Shown here: piece after piece, positions 25,003 to 32,613 of the stretch
Position numbering within the stretch: the first letter of the stretch is position 1
Layout: each line of letters begins with the position of its first letter
Program-made: the position numbers and the translations under genes
Virus record (IMG/VR): IMGVR_UViG_3300020043_004230
Span: 1 to 32,613 of that record
Strand: one strand, 5' to 3'
Length of the DNA stretch: 32,613 nt
Origin: a virus
Lineage: Duplodnaviria > Caudoviricetes
The notes under the pieces: model-generated
What the model was told of the DNA's origin: nothing
The model's input: the letters and a program-made list of their open reading frames with translations, nothing else
Database searches by the model: none

Positions 25003-25479
25003 CTATTCGTCGCAATCATTGTCGATATTTTGCAAATAAAATTCTTCAAGCGCAGCCTGCGCCAGCATGCGGATTGCTACCTCATCATCCTCTTCGCAGC
25101 CGACAACTTCAAAGCTGGTCGAGATACTCGGCTTGATGCGATTGGCAGAGAGATTCGTCATGTTGCATCCGCTATTCGCGAATGCCGAAATGTGCTGCGA
25201 TGGGGTTATTGCCTGCGCGGCGGCTCGACTGCCATGCGTATTGACGCATGCGGATATCTTAACTTTCACGCCATCCGTGGCCAGCCTGGCCGTGACTCCA
25301 CGGATCTCGATCTTGCGAACTGGTCGAGAGACAAATCCCCCCGGCAGATCCTTCGCAACTATTGGAGGCGGCGGTGGCGTGCCTCCTATCGTTAGCAGTC
25401 CCTGCGTGCCTACCTCAAGCGGGATCGGCGTTGGGAGCAGACCCTGCGTTGCAATGAGGAGGCTTGTGAGAACTGTCAT
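25003..25479 (-). CDS. hypothetical protein (158 aa)
   Basis: TAATG coupling; repeated TQGLL and a Pro linker. Confidence 0.6.
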   Translation of the reverse strand: MTVLTSLLIATQGLLPTPIPLEVGTQGLLTIGGTPPPPPIVAKDLPGGFVSRPVRKIEIRGVTARLATDGVKVKISACVNTHGSRAAAQAITPSQHISAFANSGCNMTNLSANRIKPSISTSFEVVGCEEDDEVAIRMLAQAALEEFYLQNIDNDCDE

Positions 25480-26894
25480 TAGTCGCGTGAGACCGTAGTC
25501 GAATTTGTCCCATCGCCGCCGATCGTCTGCGAGATAGAACCGGCACTGCGGCTCGTTGGCGTGACGGTCAATGTCGATCCGTTCTTCAGCCCGTGAATGA
25601 GATGCAGCTCAGTAATCGCAGTGAGTTCGGTTGCGAGTTCCGTGCGAACAGCATCGGTGAAAAGCGTCACCGCACTAGGCGCAAAGGCATAATCGGCTAT
25701 TACCTCACTCTGGAATTCATGCACATCCGCAGCGGCGTGATGCGATCCAGTTAGCTGCAGAGTATTATTTGAATTGAGCGAGCGCACAATGCGTGCACCA
25801 AAACTTCCATTCGTTGTATGGTCATCCAACAATTCATCCCATACCGCGTCAGCAATGCCTGCGGTCGTAGCTGTTGATCGGCTTGAAATCGTGGCGTCAA
25901 CATTGTCTTTAAGCAACTTCCCAATCGTGCTTGATGTTGTAATCGATGAAAGCGCATAGTCCCATACGCCAGCAGCAATCCCGGCGATGCTGGGAGAAAC
26001 GGTTTGCTCAAATGTCCCAGTCAATTCATTTGCTGGGCCATATACGATCCCGCTTTTCACATTGCTGGCGGCAGGCATTCCTGTGATGTTGTCGGCAGTA
26101 TATAGGTTGCGCTTGGCAAGCAAGTTGTTAGTCATCACTTCTAGGTAGGTGCTATTTGACGGTGAGGCATTCCACCTCCATGCAGCGCAATATACTGGAG
26201 CCACTCCACGAACCACCTCTGTGAGAAATGGACCTGAAAGAATGGTAACCTGTTGAACGTTTGTTCCAGCAACGCCAGAGGATGATTGAGTCGATTGAAT
26301 TGTTCCGATAACAGACAAAGTGCCAGTCGAGTTATTAAATGCGCCCTCGCAATTCGTCGCTGTCCCGCCAGTGCAATTGCCTGTAATATTTACCTGTCCA
26401 GTTGAATTATTTACTACCGACTTGCATATGTTATTGCTGCCGCCTATGCAATTTCCTGTTACGTTTACAATTCCTGTTGAATTATTTAAGACAGCATATG
26501 ATGAATTATTACCGCTTCCACCTGTGCAGTTGCCGGTAATGGTTAAGGTTCCATTTGAAAGATTTGCTACGCCTCTAGCTGTATTTACTGTTCCACCAGT
26601 CACATTGCCAACAATGCTTGCGGTCGCTGGAGATGATGCGGAAAATTCAAGACAATTTACGCCAGTTGTCGTTGTTGTCTTGCTCGTTACGTTTGCCGTA
26701 AGCGTGACCCCGTTGTTAATAATGAATTTGCCAGTTCCGGCATTGGAAATTTCCGTGCAAGTCACATTTGCCGTGATTGTCACAACGTGTCCTGTCGCAG
26801 CTTGAGCCTCATCTGCCGCCCCCGGAACAACTCCGCCAACCCATGTTCCCGCCACATTAAAATTCCCGCTTGTTGCTGAAACGATAAGCGCCAT
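25479..26894 (-). CDS. beta-helix repeat virion protein, head fibre candidate (471 aa)
   Basis: About 25-aa repeats [IV]TGNC-x-GG...NNSTG; C-terminal duplicated AGIA-x-x-VWD units. Confidence 0.7.
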   Translation of the reverse strand: MALIVSATSGNFNVAGTWVGGVVPGAADEAQAATGHVVTITANVTCTEISNAGTGKFIINNGVTLTANVTSKTTTTTGVNCLEFSASSPATASIVGNVTGGTVNTARGVANLSNGTLTITGNCTGGSGNNSSYAVLNNSTGIVNVTGNCIGGSNNICKSVVNNSTGQVNITGNCTGGTATNCEGAFNNSTGTLSVIGTIQSTQSSSGVAGTNVQQVTILSGPFLTEVVRGVAPVYCAAWRWNASPSNSTYLEVMTNNLLAKRNLYTADNITGMPAASNVKSGIVYGPANELTGTFEQTVSPSIAGIAAGVWDYALSSITTSSTIGKLLKDNVDATISSRSTATTAGIADAVWDELLDDHTTNGSFGARIVRSLNSNNTLQLTGSHHAAADVHEFQSEVIADYAFAPSAVTLFTDAVRTELATELTAITELHLIHGLKNGSTLTVTPTSRSAGSISQTIGGDGTNSTTVSRD

Positions 26895-26897
26895 GAC

Positions 26898-27179
26898 TTA
26901 AAGTCCTTTTGCGTAGATGAATTCTTGGATGCTTGCTGAAATTTGAGACACGGCAAGCGTGGTTGGCGCATCAACCCCATCAACACTTCCAAGCGCCATT
27001 GACCTGGCATAGTCACTTGCAAGAATTACCTCGCCATTTGCAATGCGCGTTGGAATTAAACGCATCGCAACATTCGCATCCTCACTTGCGTCTGGATTTA
27101 CAATTGATGTGATTGCCAGATTGATTGTGTAGGTGTCATAGGTCTCACCATCAATGACAATTGGATTGGTTGGTTTCAT
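26898..27179 (-). CDS. hypothetical protein (93 aa)
   Basis: Tightly packed ORF in the head region. Confidence 0.65.
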   Translation of the reverse strand: MKPTNPIVIDGETYDTYTINLAITSIVNPDASEDANVAMRLIPTRIANGEVILASDYARSMALGSVDGVDAPTTLAVSQISASIQEFIYAKGL

Positions 27180-27182
27180 TTT

Positions 27183-27596
27183 TTAAGCTAAAAGGATCAA
27201 AGCTGATTTTTCGGTTGGATTGGGAAATGAAAGTTCAAAAGCGCCGTCGAAAACAGGTCGCTCGCCACCAAAGTTCAGCGTGCAAAGCGCGGCATTGTTT
27301 TTGCTGGCGTTGTAGATCATTGCGCCGTGCGCAGTGAATGTGGCGCGGTCTATTCGCAGATTGTCGAATGTGACGAAGGCATTTGATCCGGCCATGCCAG
27401 AGCGGAAGCCGCTCAAGACAAATCCGCCTTGTGAATAGCCTTGGCCGACGACTTCGCCCTCTGACGTGTAGGCAGGCGTCGAAGGACTAATGCTTGCGCG
27501 CTTTGTGTAGAGAGCGAGCTTGTATGTATCTGTCGGCTGGTGCATGCCGATCAGAAATTGCTTCTTGGCTTCGAGTGAGATTCCTTGCGCGATCAT
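27183..27596 (-). CDS. phage structural protein (137 aa)
   Basis: DTYKLALYT...EV-x-G-x-GY-x-x-GG...FTA-x-GAMIYN...L-x-FG pattern of a widespread phage virion family; ATGA coupling to the portal. Confidence 0.65.
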   Translation of the reverse strand: MIAQGISLEAKKQFLIGMHQPTDTYKLALYTKRASISPSTPAYTSEGEVVGQGYSQGGFVLSGFRSGMAGSNAFVTFDNLRIDRATFTAHGAMIYNASKNNAALCTLNFGGERPVFDGAFELSFPNPTEKSALILLA

Positions 27597-29665
27597 TTTT
27601 TGTATTGAGTTTTGCAAACTGCGAATCGTTGGCTTGCGTCTGGGTATTCAGCGTTCATCGTATCGTCAGCCATGCAACGGTCGAGGAAGTCCTCTTCCTC
27701 TTCCCCGCCTGCGGGAGTTGGCATGATGAGTTCGGTCTTCATTTCAAATCCAAGCACGCGCCCATGAACATCTCGCTTCATGTCAGCGATAGCTTTAGTC
27801 TTCCGCTTCAGCTTGCGGTTGCGATTGATTTGCTCGACTTTCTTTGCTGCCCAAGTCTGTCCCGCGTCCCCACCCCATAGCGCCCACGCAATGCGTCCCG
27901 CACTGGGGAAGCCGGGTTCGCCAGGAGAAAATCCTTTGCCCTGCTTATCGACTTCATGGCGCGAGAAGAATGAGTGCATTCTTTTGACCGTATCTTCGCT
28001 CAATTTTTTTCCGTTGCTAATATCGCGGGCGCGAGCCACGCCAACGCCAGTGCCGCCACGATTGTACTCCTTGCGCCATTCCAATCCTTTCTTTGCCTCG
28101 GAAACCATGCCGGCAGTCGGCTTGAGATCGATTGCTTCGGCGAGTTGAGATGTCTCGATCGGTGCTTGTGGCGTAACAGGTTCGGGCTGATTGATGCTCT
28201 CAGGCGCAATAGGAGCGACCTCATCGCGTTTCGGCATGAGTATTGAGTCCGAAATATATTGGGCTGGGATGTCCATCTCGTCGGCAAGCTCGACGATCAT
28301 TGCCGTTTCCTTCGCCCTTGCGCGAAGTGCCTCTTCGTAATCCTCACCAGCATCGCTGTAGATTTGACCTGCGGTCTTCAAGCCTGCTTTCCAGAGCGCG
28401 ATATCAGCATTAGCCTCGCGGCCATAATCGATAGATACCTTCGCAGGCCAGCACCAACGGCCATCAAGTAGGAATTCGGAATCGTCAATCTCGCCGCGGG
28501 CGGCAGCATCGAGGAGCACGATGTTTTTAATGCGGTCTAAAAATTGCGATTCAAGCAATCTGCGCCAGCGTGCAAAAGTGCGCTCGGCCATTGCTGCTTC
28601 CATACGAGCCATCGGACCGCTCTTGTCGGCGTCAAATGCAAATCCGTATGGCAGTCCTACCGCCATCGCTATATGCGCCTGCACAAGGCGAACGAATTCG
28701 CCGAATGCGCCACCAGGGCGATCGCTCTTGAACATCTCCATCTTCTCTCCGGGCGATAGATATTGGATCGCACCGGGATCGACGTTGGATAGCTTTTCAG
28801 TCTGGCCAAAATCATTTTTTTGACTGGTCGCAAAATAATCGCTGGCGTCTGCGGATCCGTTCTCCGTGGTGATGATGCCGGTCTGGTAGCTTGCAAATTT
28901 AATTGCTTGAACCTCGGCCTTAATCGTCTCTTGCAAGTCGCGGGCGGCATTAAGCGCAGTCGCGAATGCCGAGCGTCCACGATATTCATCAAGTCGGGTC
29001 GGATCGAAGAGGTGGACGAATTCGTTGGCGGCGATGTCTGTCGGCTCGATATACTGGTTGTTGATCGTGCGAACGAAAATCTGGTATTTGTCTGGCCTGC
29101 CAAATTCATCAAGCATGATGCCGCCGATGTAAGTGTCGGAATCGATTAGGCGGTTATATGGCGAGCCGATACGGTCGGCTTCGACGCTCTGTAATTTCAA
29201 CATCTCGCCATCGCGCACGATGATAAAGCCACAATCTCCGTCACGAAGAATCGCCATTACGGCGAGTTGCAGGAAGGAAACAAAATCATGGCGGCGAAGG
29301 AAGTCGCATTCCCTGCACCATTTCGCCCAGTATCGCTCAACTTGCGCATCGAGTTCCTTGTCGCCTGTGCGGGCTTGGTAGCTCAAGCGGCCAGCGACAT
29401 AGGTGGCGAACTTGAGAAGCAACGAGCGAACCGGCGGGAAGTTGTCGGCGAGATCGCGGGCGGCGCGGATGAGTTTGTATCGCTCGGCGGTTCCGGCGGT
29501 GTCTTCGGCTCCGCTGATATTGCGCGAGATGCCACGCTTGGTCGAGTCAAGCGCCGAGTCAAATCGCCCGAAGTTGCGAAGGCGCTCCTGCGAAATCATG
29601 CGCGACATTGCCGCCTTGGGCGAAACGACCGCAAGTGCTTTGGTGATGAAGTCTTGTTTGATCAT
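27593..29665 (-). CDS. portal protein, lambda family, with C-terminal extension (690 aa)
   Basis: ARDLADN, RDGD, LQSVEADRI, GI-x-LDEFGRP, HLFDP-x-R-x-x-x-x-RG: lambda gpB-type motifs. Confidence 0.92.
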   Translation of the reverse strand: MIKQDFITKALAVVSPKAAMSRMISQERLRNFGRFDSALDSTKRGISRNISGAEDTAGTAERYKLIRAARDLADNFPPVRSLLLKFATYVAGRLSYQARTGDKELDAQVERYWAKWCRECDFLRRHDFVSFLQLAVMAILRDGDCGFIIVRDGEMLKLQSVEADRIGSPYNRLIDSDTYIGGIMLDEFGRPDKYQIFVRTINNQYIEPTDIAANEFVHLFDPTRLDEYRGRSAFATALNAARDLQETIKAEVQAIKFASYQTGIITTENGSADASDYFATSQKNDFGQTEKLSNVDPGAIQYLSPGEKMEMFKSDRPGGAFGEFVRLVQAHIAMAVGLPYGFAFDADKSGPMARMEAAMAERTFARWRRLLESQFLDRIKNIVLLDAAARGEIDDSEFLLDGRWCWPAKVSIDYGREANADIALWKAGLKTAGQIYSDAGEDYEEALRARAKETAMIVELADEMDIPAQYISDSILMPKRDEVAPIAPESINQPEPVTPQAPIETSQLAEAIDLKPTAGMVSEAKKGLEWRKEYNRGGTGVGVARARDISNGKKLSEDTVKRMHSFFSRHEVDKQGKGFSPGEPGFPSAGRIAWALWGGDAGQTWAAKKVEQINRNRKLKRKTKAIADMKRDVHGRVLGFEMKTELIMPTPAGGEEEEDFLDRCMADDTMNAEYPDASQRFAVCKTQYKK

Positions 29666-29910
29666 GGCCGTTGTGTGGCAAATGCCGCTTGCGTCCTTTT
29701 TACTCTAGTGCCAGTGGCGTTGTCAATGGCAGCTTGCAACTCCTTAATCGTCTGCGAGACCTCGCCGAGATTGGCGCGAGTGAATGAGCGGCCTGCGATG
29801 GAATAACTCGCGCCTGCAACAGCAATTGCCTCTAGGCATGCTAGGTATTTCGCCTGCAAGCTCTGGAGCGTGGCGAGCGGAAGACCGAAGAAGGATTTTG
29901 AAAGTGCCAT
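29662..29910 (-). CDS. head-tail adaptor (gpW-like)
   Basis: GASYSIAGRSFTRANL...IKEL; directly before the portal gene. Confidence 0.8.
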   Translation of the reverse strand: MALSKSFFGLPLATLQSLQAKYLACLEAIAVAGASYSIAGRSFTRANLGEVSQTIKELQAAIDNATGTRVKRTQAAFATQRP

Positions 29911-29921
29911 TGGATTGTTGG

Positions 29922-30113
29922 TTATGTCAAAAGCGAAGCGATAAATTTACCGCGTGACTGCGCGCCTCGCTGTCTATCGATCCTAGCCCACGATTCGGGC
30001 TGCATGGAGACTGAGCGCGTGACGGCTGTGCGGCCTTTGGCGTTTTTGTTTTTGCTACCGGTTTTGCGGCCTGCGCCTTTGCGCGGGCCGCCGTGGGTGG
30101 TGGGCTTGCTCAT
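29922..30113 (-). CDS. small DNA-binding protein (GG-x-R-x-GAGRK arm plus ribbon-helix-helix-like)
   Basis: HGGPRKGAGRK...VTRSVSM...SRGKFI. Confidence 0.7.
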   Translation of the reverse strand: MSKPTTHGGPRKGAGRKTGSKNKNAKGRTAVTRSVSMQPESWARIDRQRGAQSRGKFIASLLT

Positions 30114-30358
30114 TGTCCTAGGTATTCCTCAACCGTCATTCCAGAGGTCTCTTCCCATTCCTGACGAGTGCGGAGAAGTAGCATCTCCTCTTCGCCCTGG
30201 TATCCGTCTTTTGCCTTTTCAATCAGCGCATCAATTTCCCAAGTTTCCATTTGAAGGGCTTTTGCGGCGTCTTGAACGGCATGCACTTCTGTCATTCCGC
30301 TGCCCATGATTTCGCCAGCGGAATCGATAACTAAGTTTGCGTGGAAGTCTGTTTTCAT
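30110..30358 (-). CDS. hypothetical acidic protein (82 aa)
   Basis: A-rich leader; stop coupled to the RHH-like gene. Confidence 0.65.
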   Translation of the reverse strand: MKTDFHANLVIDSAGEIMGSGMTEVHAVQDAAKALQMETWEIDALIEKAKDGYQGEEEMLLLRTRQEWEETSGMTVEEYLGQ

Positions 30359-30397
30359 ATTTTTGATTTTCGTTTTTTGGTTTGGTTGGTCAAGGCT

Positions 30398-30420
30398 GGC
30401 GCGGGGATCGAACCCGCGCC
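30398..30420 (-). other. tRNA T-arm-like RNA hairpin
   Basis: GGCGCGGG-TTCGATC-CCCGCGCC: perfect 8-bp stem with a 7-nt T-loop consensus. Confidence 0.7.
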
Positions 30421-30428
30421 GGTGGTGG

Positions 30429-30662
30429 TTAGGCGGCCGCGTAAGGTTTGATCGCTGTGAAATCCAGAGCGATGGTTCCAGGCGCTGTCTCTGAGAGATT
30501 CTTGGGATTCACCTCTTTCAAAATCGCCATTGGAATGTTGGCGATGGTTTTGAAATCAAGGATCACAAAAACACCTGCGTTGATACCGCGCACAATTTGG
30601 TTGAGGCGGTAGTTGTGAATGGAGCCTGCGTTTTGCAGCGAGTGGAGAGTTGAAGTGCTCAT
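30429..30662 (-). CDS. hypothetical protein (77 aa)
   Basis: Start reassigned to MSTSTL, downstream of the promoter and an A-rich leader. Confidence 0.65.
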   Translation of the reverse strand: MSTSTLHSLQNAGSIHNYRLNQIVRGINAGVFVILDFKTIANIPMAILKEVNPKNLSETAPGTIALDFTAIKPYAAA

Positions 30663-30717
30663 AATTGGATTTTGGTTTTTTGTTTCGTCGTTGCCGTGGT
30701 GGCTTCGATCTGGAATC

Positions 30718-30746
30718 ACTATCTCACCAACTTGATTTTTCGTCAA
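30718..30746 (-). promoter_or_regulatory. sigma70-like promoter of the inserted cassette
   Basis: TTGACG, 17 nt ending in TGn, GATAGT; A/T tracts upstream. Confidence 0.7.
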
Positions 30747-30847
30747 CAACTTTTTTTCAAAAAAAGAAAAAAATATTTTCGCTCGTTTTGATTTTTATTG
30801 TTGACAGAAAAACAAAATTCACAGTAGCCCGCAGAGCCGCATGAATA

Positions 30848-32581
30848 CTAGCTCTCCACGCCCACCGGCATCACTCCCGCCAGCATTGCAGACGCCAGCG
30901 CAATGCACTCGCAGTCCCAAAGGTGATTTGGCCGCCCACCAATTTTGACCCATCGTTGCTCGACTTGTTTCGTTCGGGAATTGATGGTGTCCTTCTTCAT
31001 CTCGGCGAGCATGTGTTTGCGAAAATCCTCCGAGACATCGCGTGGCACTTCCCATTTCGGAGCTGCCCCAGGCTGACGTAGTGCGGCAAGTTTGTCTTTG
31101 ATGCCTTCGTTGCTAAAGAAAAAATAAAAGCATCGCAGGTTGTCGCTACCCGCTACTGCAGTCTCGATCTTGGAAACGAATTTGCGAACCCGGCGACCAT
31201 TGTCCATGTGATAAAATCCGTCTTGCCCCGATCCGTGCGAGGCCGTCCATCCATTGCGAGCGCAGCGCTCGTAGACGATGGCCGTGTCGAAGCCTGCATC
31301 AACCACCACGCATCTCGGCTGAACATTGTATTGTTGTGCGATACTTTCAATGGTCTCCCATGTGAGCGGGCGGGATTCGTGCAGTAGCATGGATGACCCA
31401 TCGACGCGGAAGGCGCGAACTGCCGCCCAAAAGTGATCACGTTGAACGTCAACGCAGAGGAATCGTCGATGCTCACCATCGATCTGTTGGCCATCAGTAA
31501 AGTCGGCCTTGGCATAATCGCCCGTCGTGACTTCCGGCAGGCTACTTGTAACTTCCTCGACCCAGACCTGTGCCTTGCGCTTTTGCACAAATTGTTTTAA
31601 CGGCTCCAAGTTCCCGCTGTTCTTTGATTCCTGCGCCTCGATCCATTCCCGCACAATGCTAAACCAAGGTATCCACCAGACCGCGTAGGCCGGGAATTCA
31701 AATGATCGATGTCCGCGCACGGGATGTGGATTTAGAACGCGGTAAGATGCGCGAGCCGATAGCGCTCGGCGAACTGCGGCCGTGTCCTTGTAGGTATGCT
31801 GGCAAGTCGGGCATTCCATGCGGACGCTGTCCTGCACGGAATCCCATAAAATCTCGTTCTGCTCGTTCTTGGCGACCTCGTATTTGATGTCGTCCCAGAC
31901 ATATCGATGCCATTGTTTGCATCCATCGCATTCCCAGCCCCACACTTCCCGCGTGCCGCTATCCCACTCGGCATCTGCTTCGTGGCCTGAGTCCCAGCCT
32001 TGAGAGACAAGAAGCGTCTTGCGATTCCATCGGTCGTGGTGGCGGGCTTTTAATTCGCGGATCATGCCGTGCTTCCAGCGCCAAACTTCATCACCGATGC
32101 AGTAGCGCATGGATTTTTCTTGCAGGTTCGTCATGTTCGCGCCGCCAGCAAACAAAACCATATGCGGAAACAAGATCGTCGTCTTGCGCAGAGCATGCCG
32201 GTCTTCGGGGAAGAGCGCCTTCACTGGCTGGCACTCTTGGAAGATCGGGAGCAGACGCGACTCAGTCCAGTCCTTAACCATGTCGTCAGTCTGGCCGACG
32301 AAGAGCGTAGGGCCAGGCTTCTGGGCGACGATGAAGCACGCCAAGCCTTCCATGAAGGTCGTCTTGCCCGCCCCAGTCGCGGCACGGATAAAAACCTGCG
32401 TTGTCTCGTCATCACTCGCTGCAAGTAGCGGATCGTTCATCCACGGTGCGACTGATCGATCAAAGCGGCTTGCTCGGTCGCTATTCGGGAATTTTACATT
32501 CTCCTCTGCCCAGTCGAGGATCGTGCCTGCAAAGGCGAGTTTGATTCCATCGCGGATGCCGGTGGCGAGCGGGGAGTTCAT
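30848..32581 (-). CDS. terL: terminase large subunit (lambda GpA family)
   Basis: Walker A ATGAGKT, Walker B YCIGDE, two CxxC motifs, nuclease motifs CVDVQ, VDAGF, NHLWDC. Confidence 0.95.
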   Translation of the reverse strand: MNSPLATGIRDGIKLAFAGTILDWAEENVKFPNSDRASRFDRSVAPWMNDPLLAASDDETTQVFIRAATGAGKTTFMEGLACFIVAQKPGPTLFVGQTDDMVKDWTESRLLPIFQECQPVKALFPEDRHALRKTTILFPHMVLFAGGANMTNLQEKSMRYCIGDEVWRWKHGMIRELKARHHDRWNRKTLLVSQGWDSGHEADAEWDSGTREVWGWECDGCKQWHRYVWDDIKYEVAKNEQNEILWDSVQDSVRMECPTCQHTYKDTAAVRRALSARASYRVLNPHPVRGHRSFEFPAYAVWWIPWFSIVREWIEAQESKNSGNLEPLKQFVQKRKAQVWVEEVTSSLPEVTTGDYAKADFTDGQQIDGEHRRFLCVDVQRDHFWAAVRAFRVDGSSMLLHESRPLTWETIESIAQQYNVQPRCVVVDAGFDTAIVYERCARNGWTASHGSGQDGFYHMDNGRRVRKFVSKIETAVAGSDNLRCFYFFFSNEGIKDKLAALRQPGAAPKWEVPRDVSEDFRKHMLAEMKKDTINSRTKQVEQRWVKIGGRPNHLWDCECIALASAMLAGVMPVGVES

Positions 32582-32613
32582 ACCAGTTCGGGCAAATTGC
32601 GTTCCTGCTTCTG
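32578..32613 (-). CDS. 3' end of the upstream gene (probably terminase small subunit), partial
   Basis: ...QKQERNLPELV-TGA overlapping the terL ATG; identity from synteny only. Confidence 0.35.
   Translation of the reverse strand, partial: QKQERNLPELV

Noticed and set aside
30370-30440. Possible tRNA gene
   Set aside because: Only a T-arm-like hairpin; no acceptor, D or anticodon arms can be folded.
904-32428. All plus-strand ORFs in the track
   Set aside because: Each lies antisense to a well-supported minus-strand gene and none has a recognisable motif or initiation signal.

Overview
About 32.6 kb of a tailed dsDNA bacteriophage with a lambda-like siphovirus layout. Essentially every real gene is on the minus strand. 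Reading in transcription order from the right end: GpA-type terminase large subunit; a three-gene insert with its own promoter; gpW-like adaptor; lambda-type portal with a long C-terminal extension; four accessory genes including a beta-helix fibre; prohead protease with a nested scaffold start; capsid cement; major capsid protein; three glycosyltransferase/methyltransferase genes; head closure; Gly-rich fibre; tail terminator; tail tube; tail assembly chaperone with a -1 frameshift; tape measure; a small Cys-rich tail-tip region; lysis cassette; metallophosphoesterase. A second promoter then starts the replication/recombination module: resolvase, Sak4-like ATPase, Cas4-like exonuclease, SSB, HNH endonuclease, a dual-frame C5 methyltransferase and the start of a primase. 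The main signals are (1) a recurring TTGACA placed 13-14 nt upstream of late-gene start codons, (2) a probable virion-glycosylation cassette inside the head module, and (3) a C5 methyltransferase whose motifs are split over two fully overlapping frames. No integrase, tRNA or CRISPR array was seen. Shine-Dalgarno sites are largely absent and many leaders are A-rich. The host cannot be determined from this window. All family assignments are from motif recognition by eye, not from searches.
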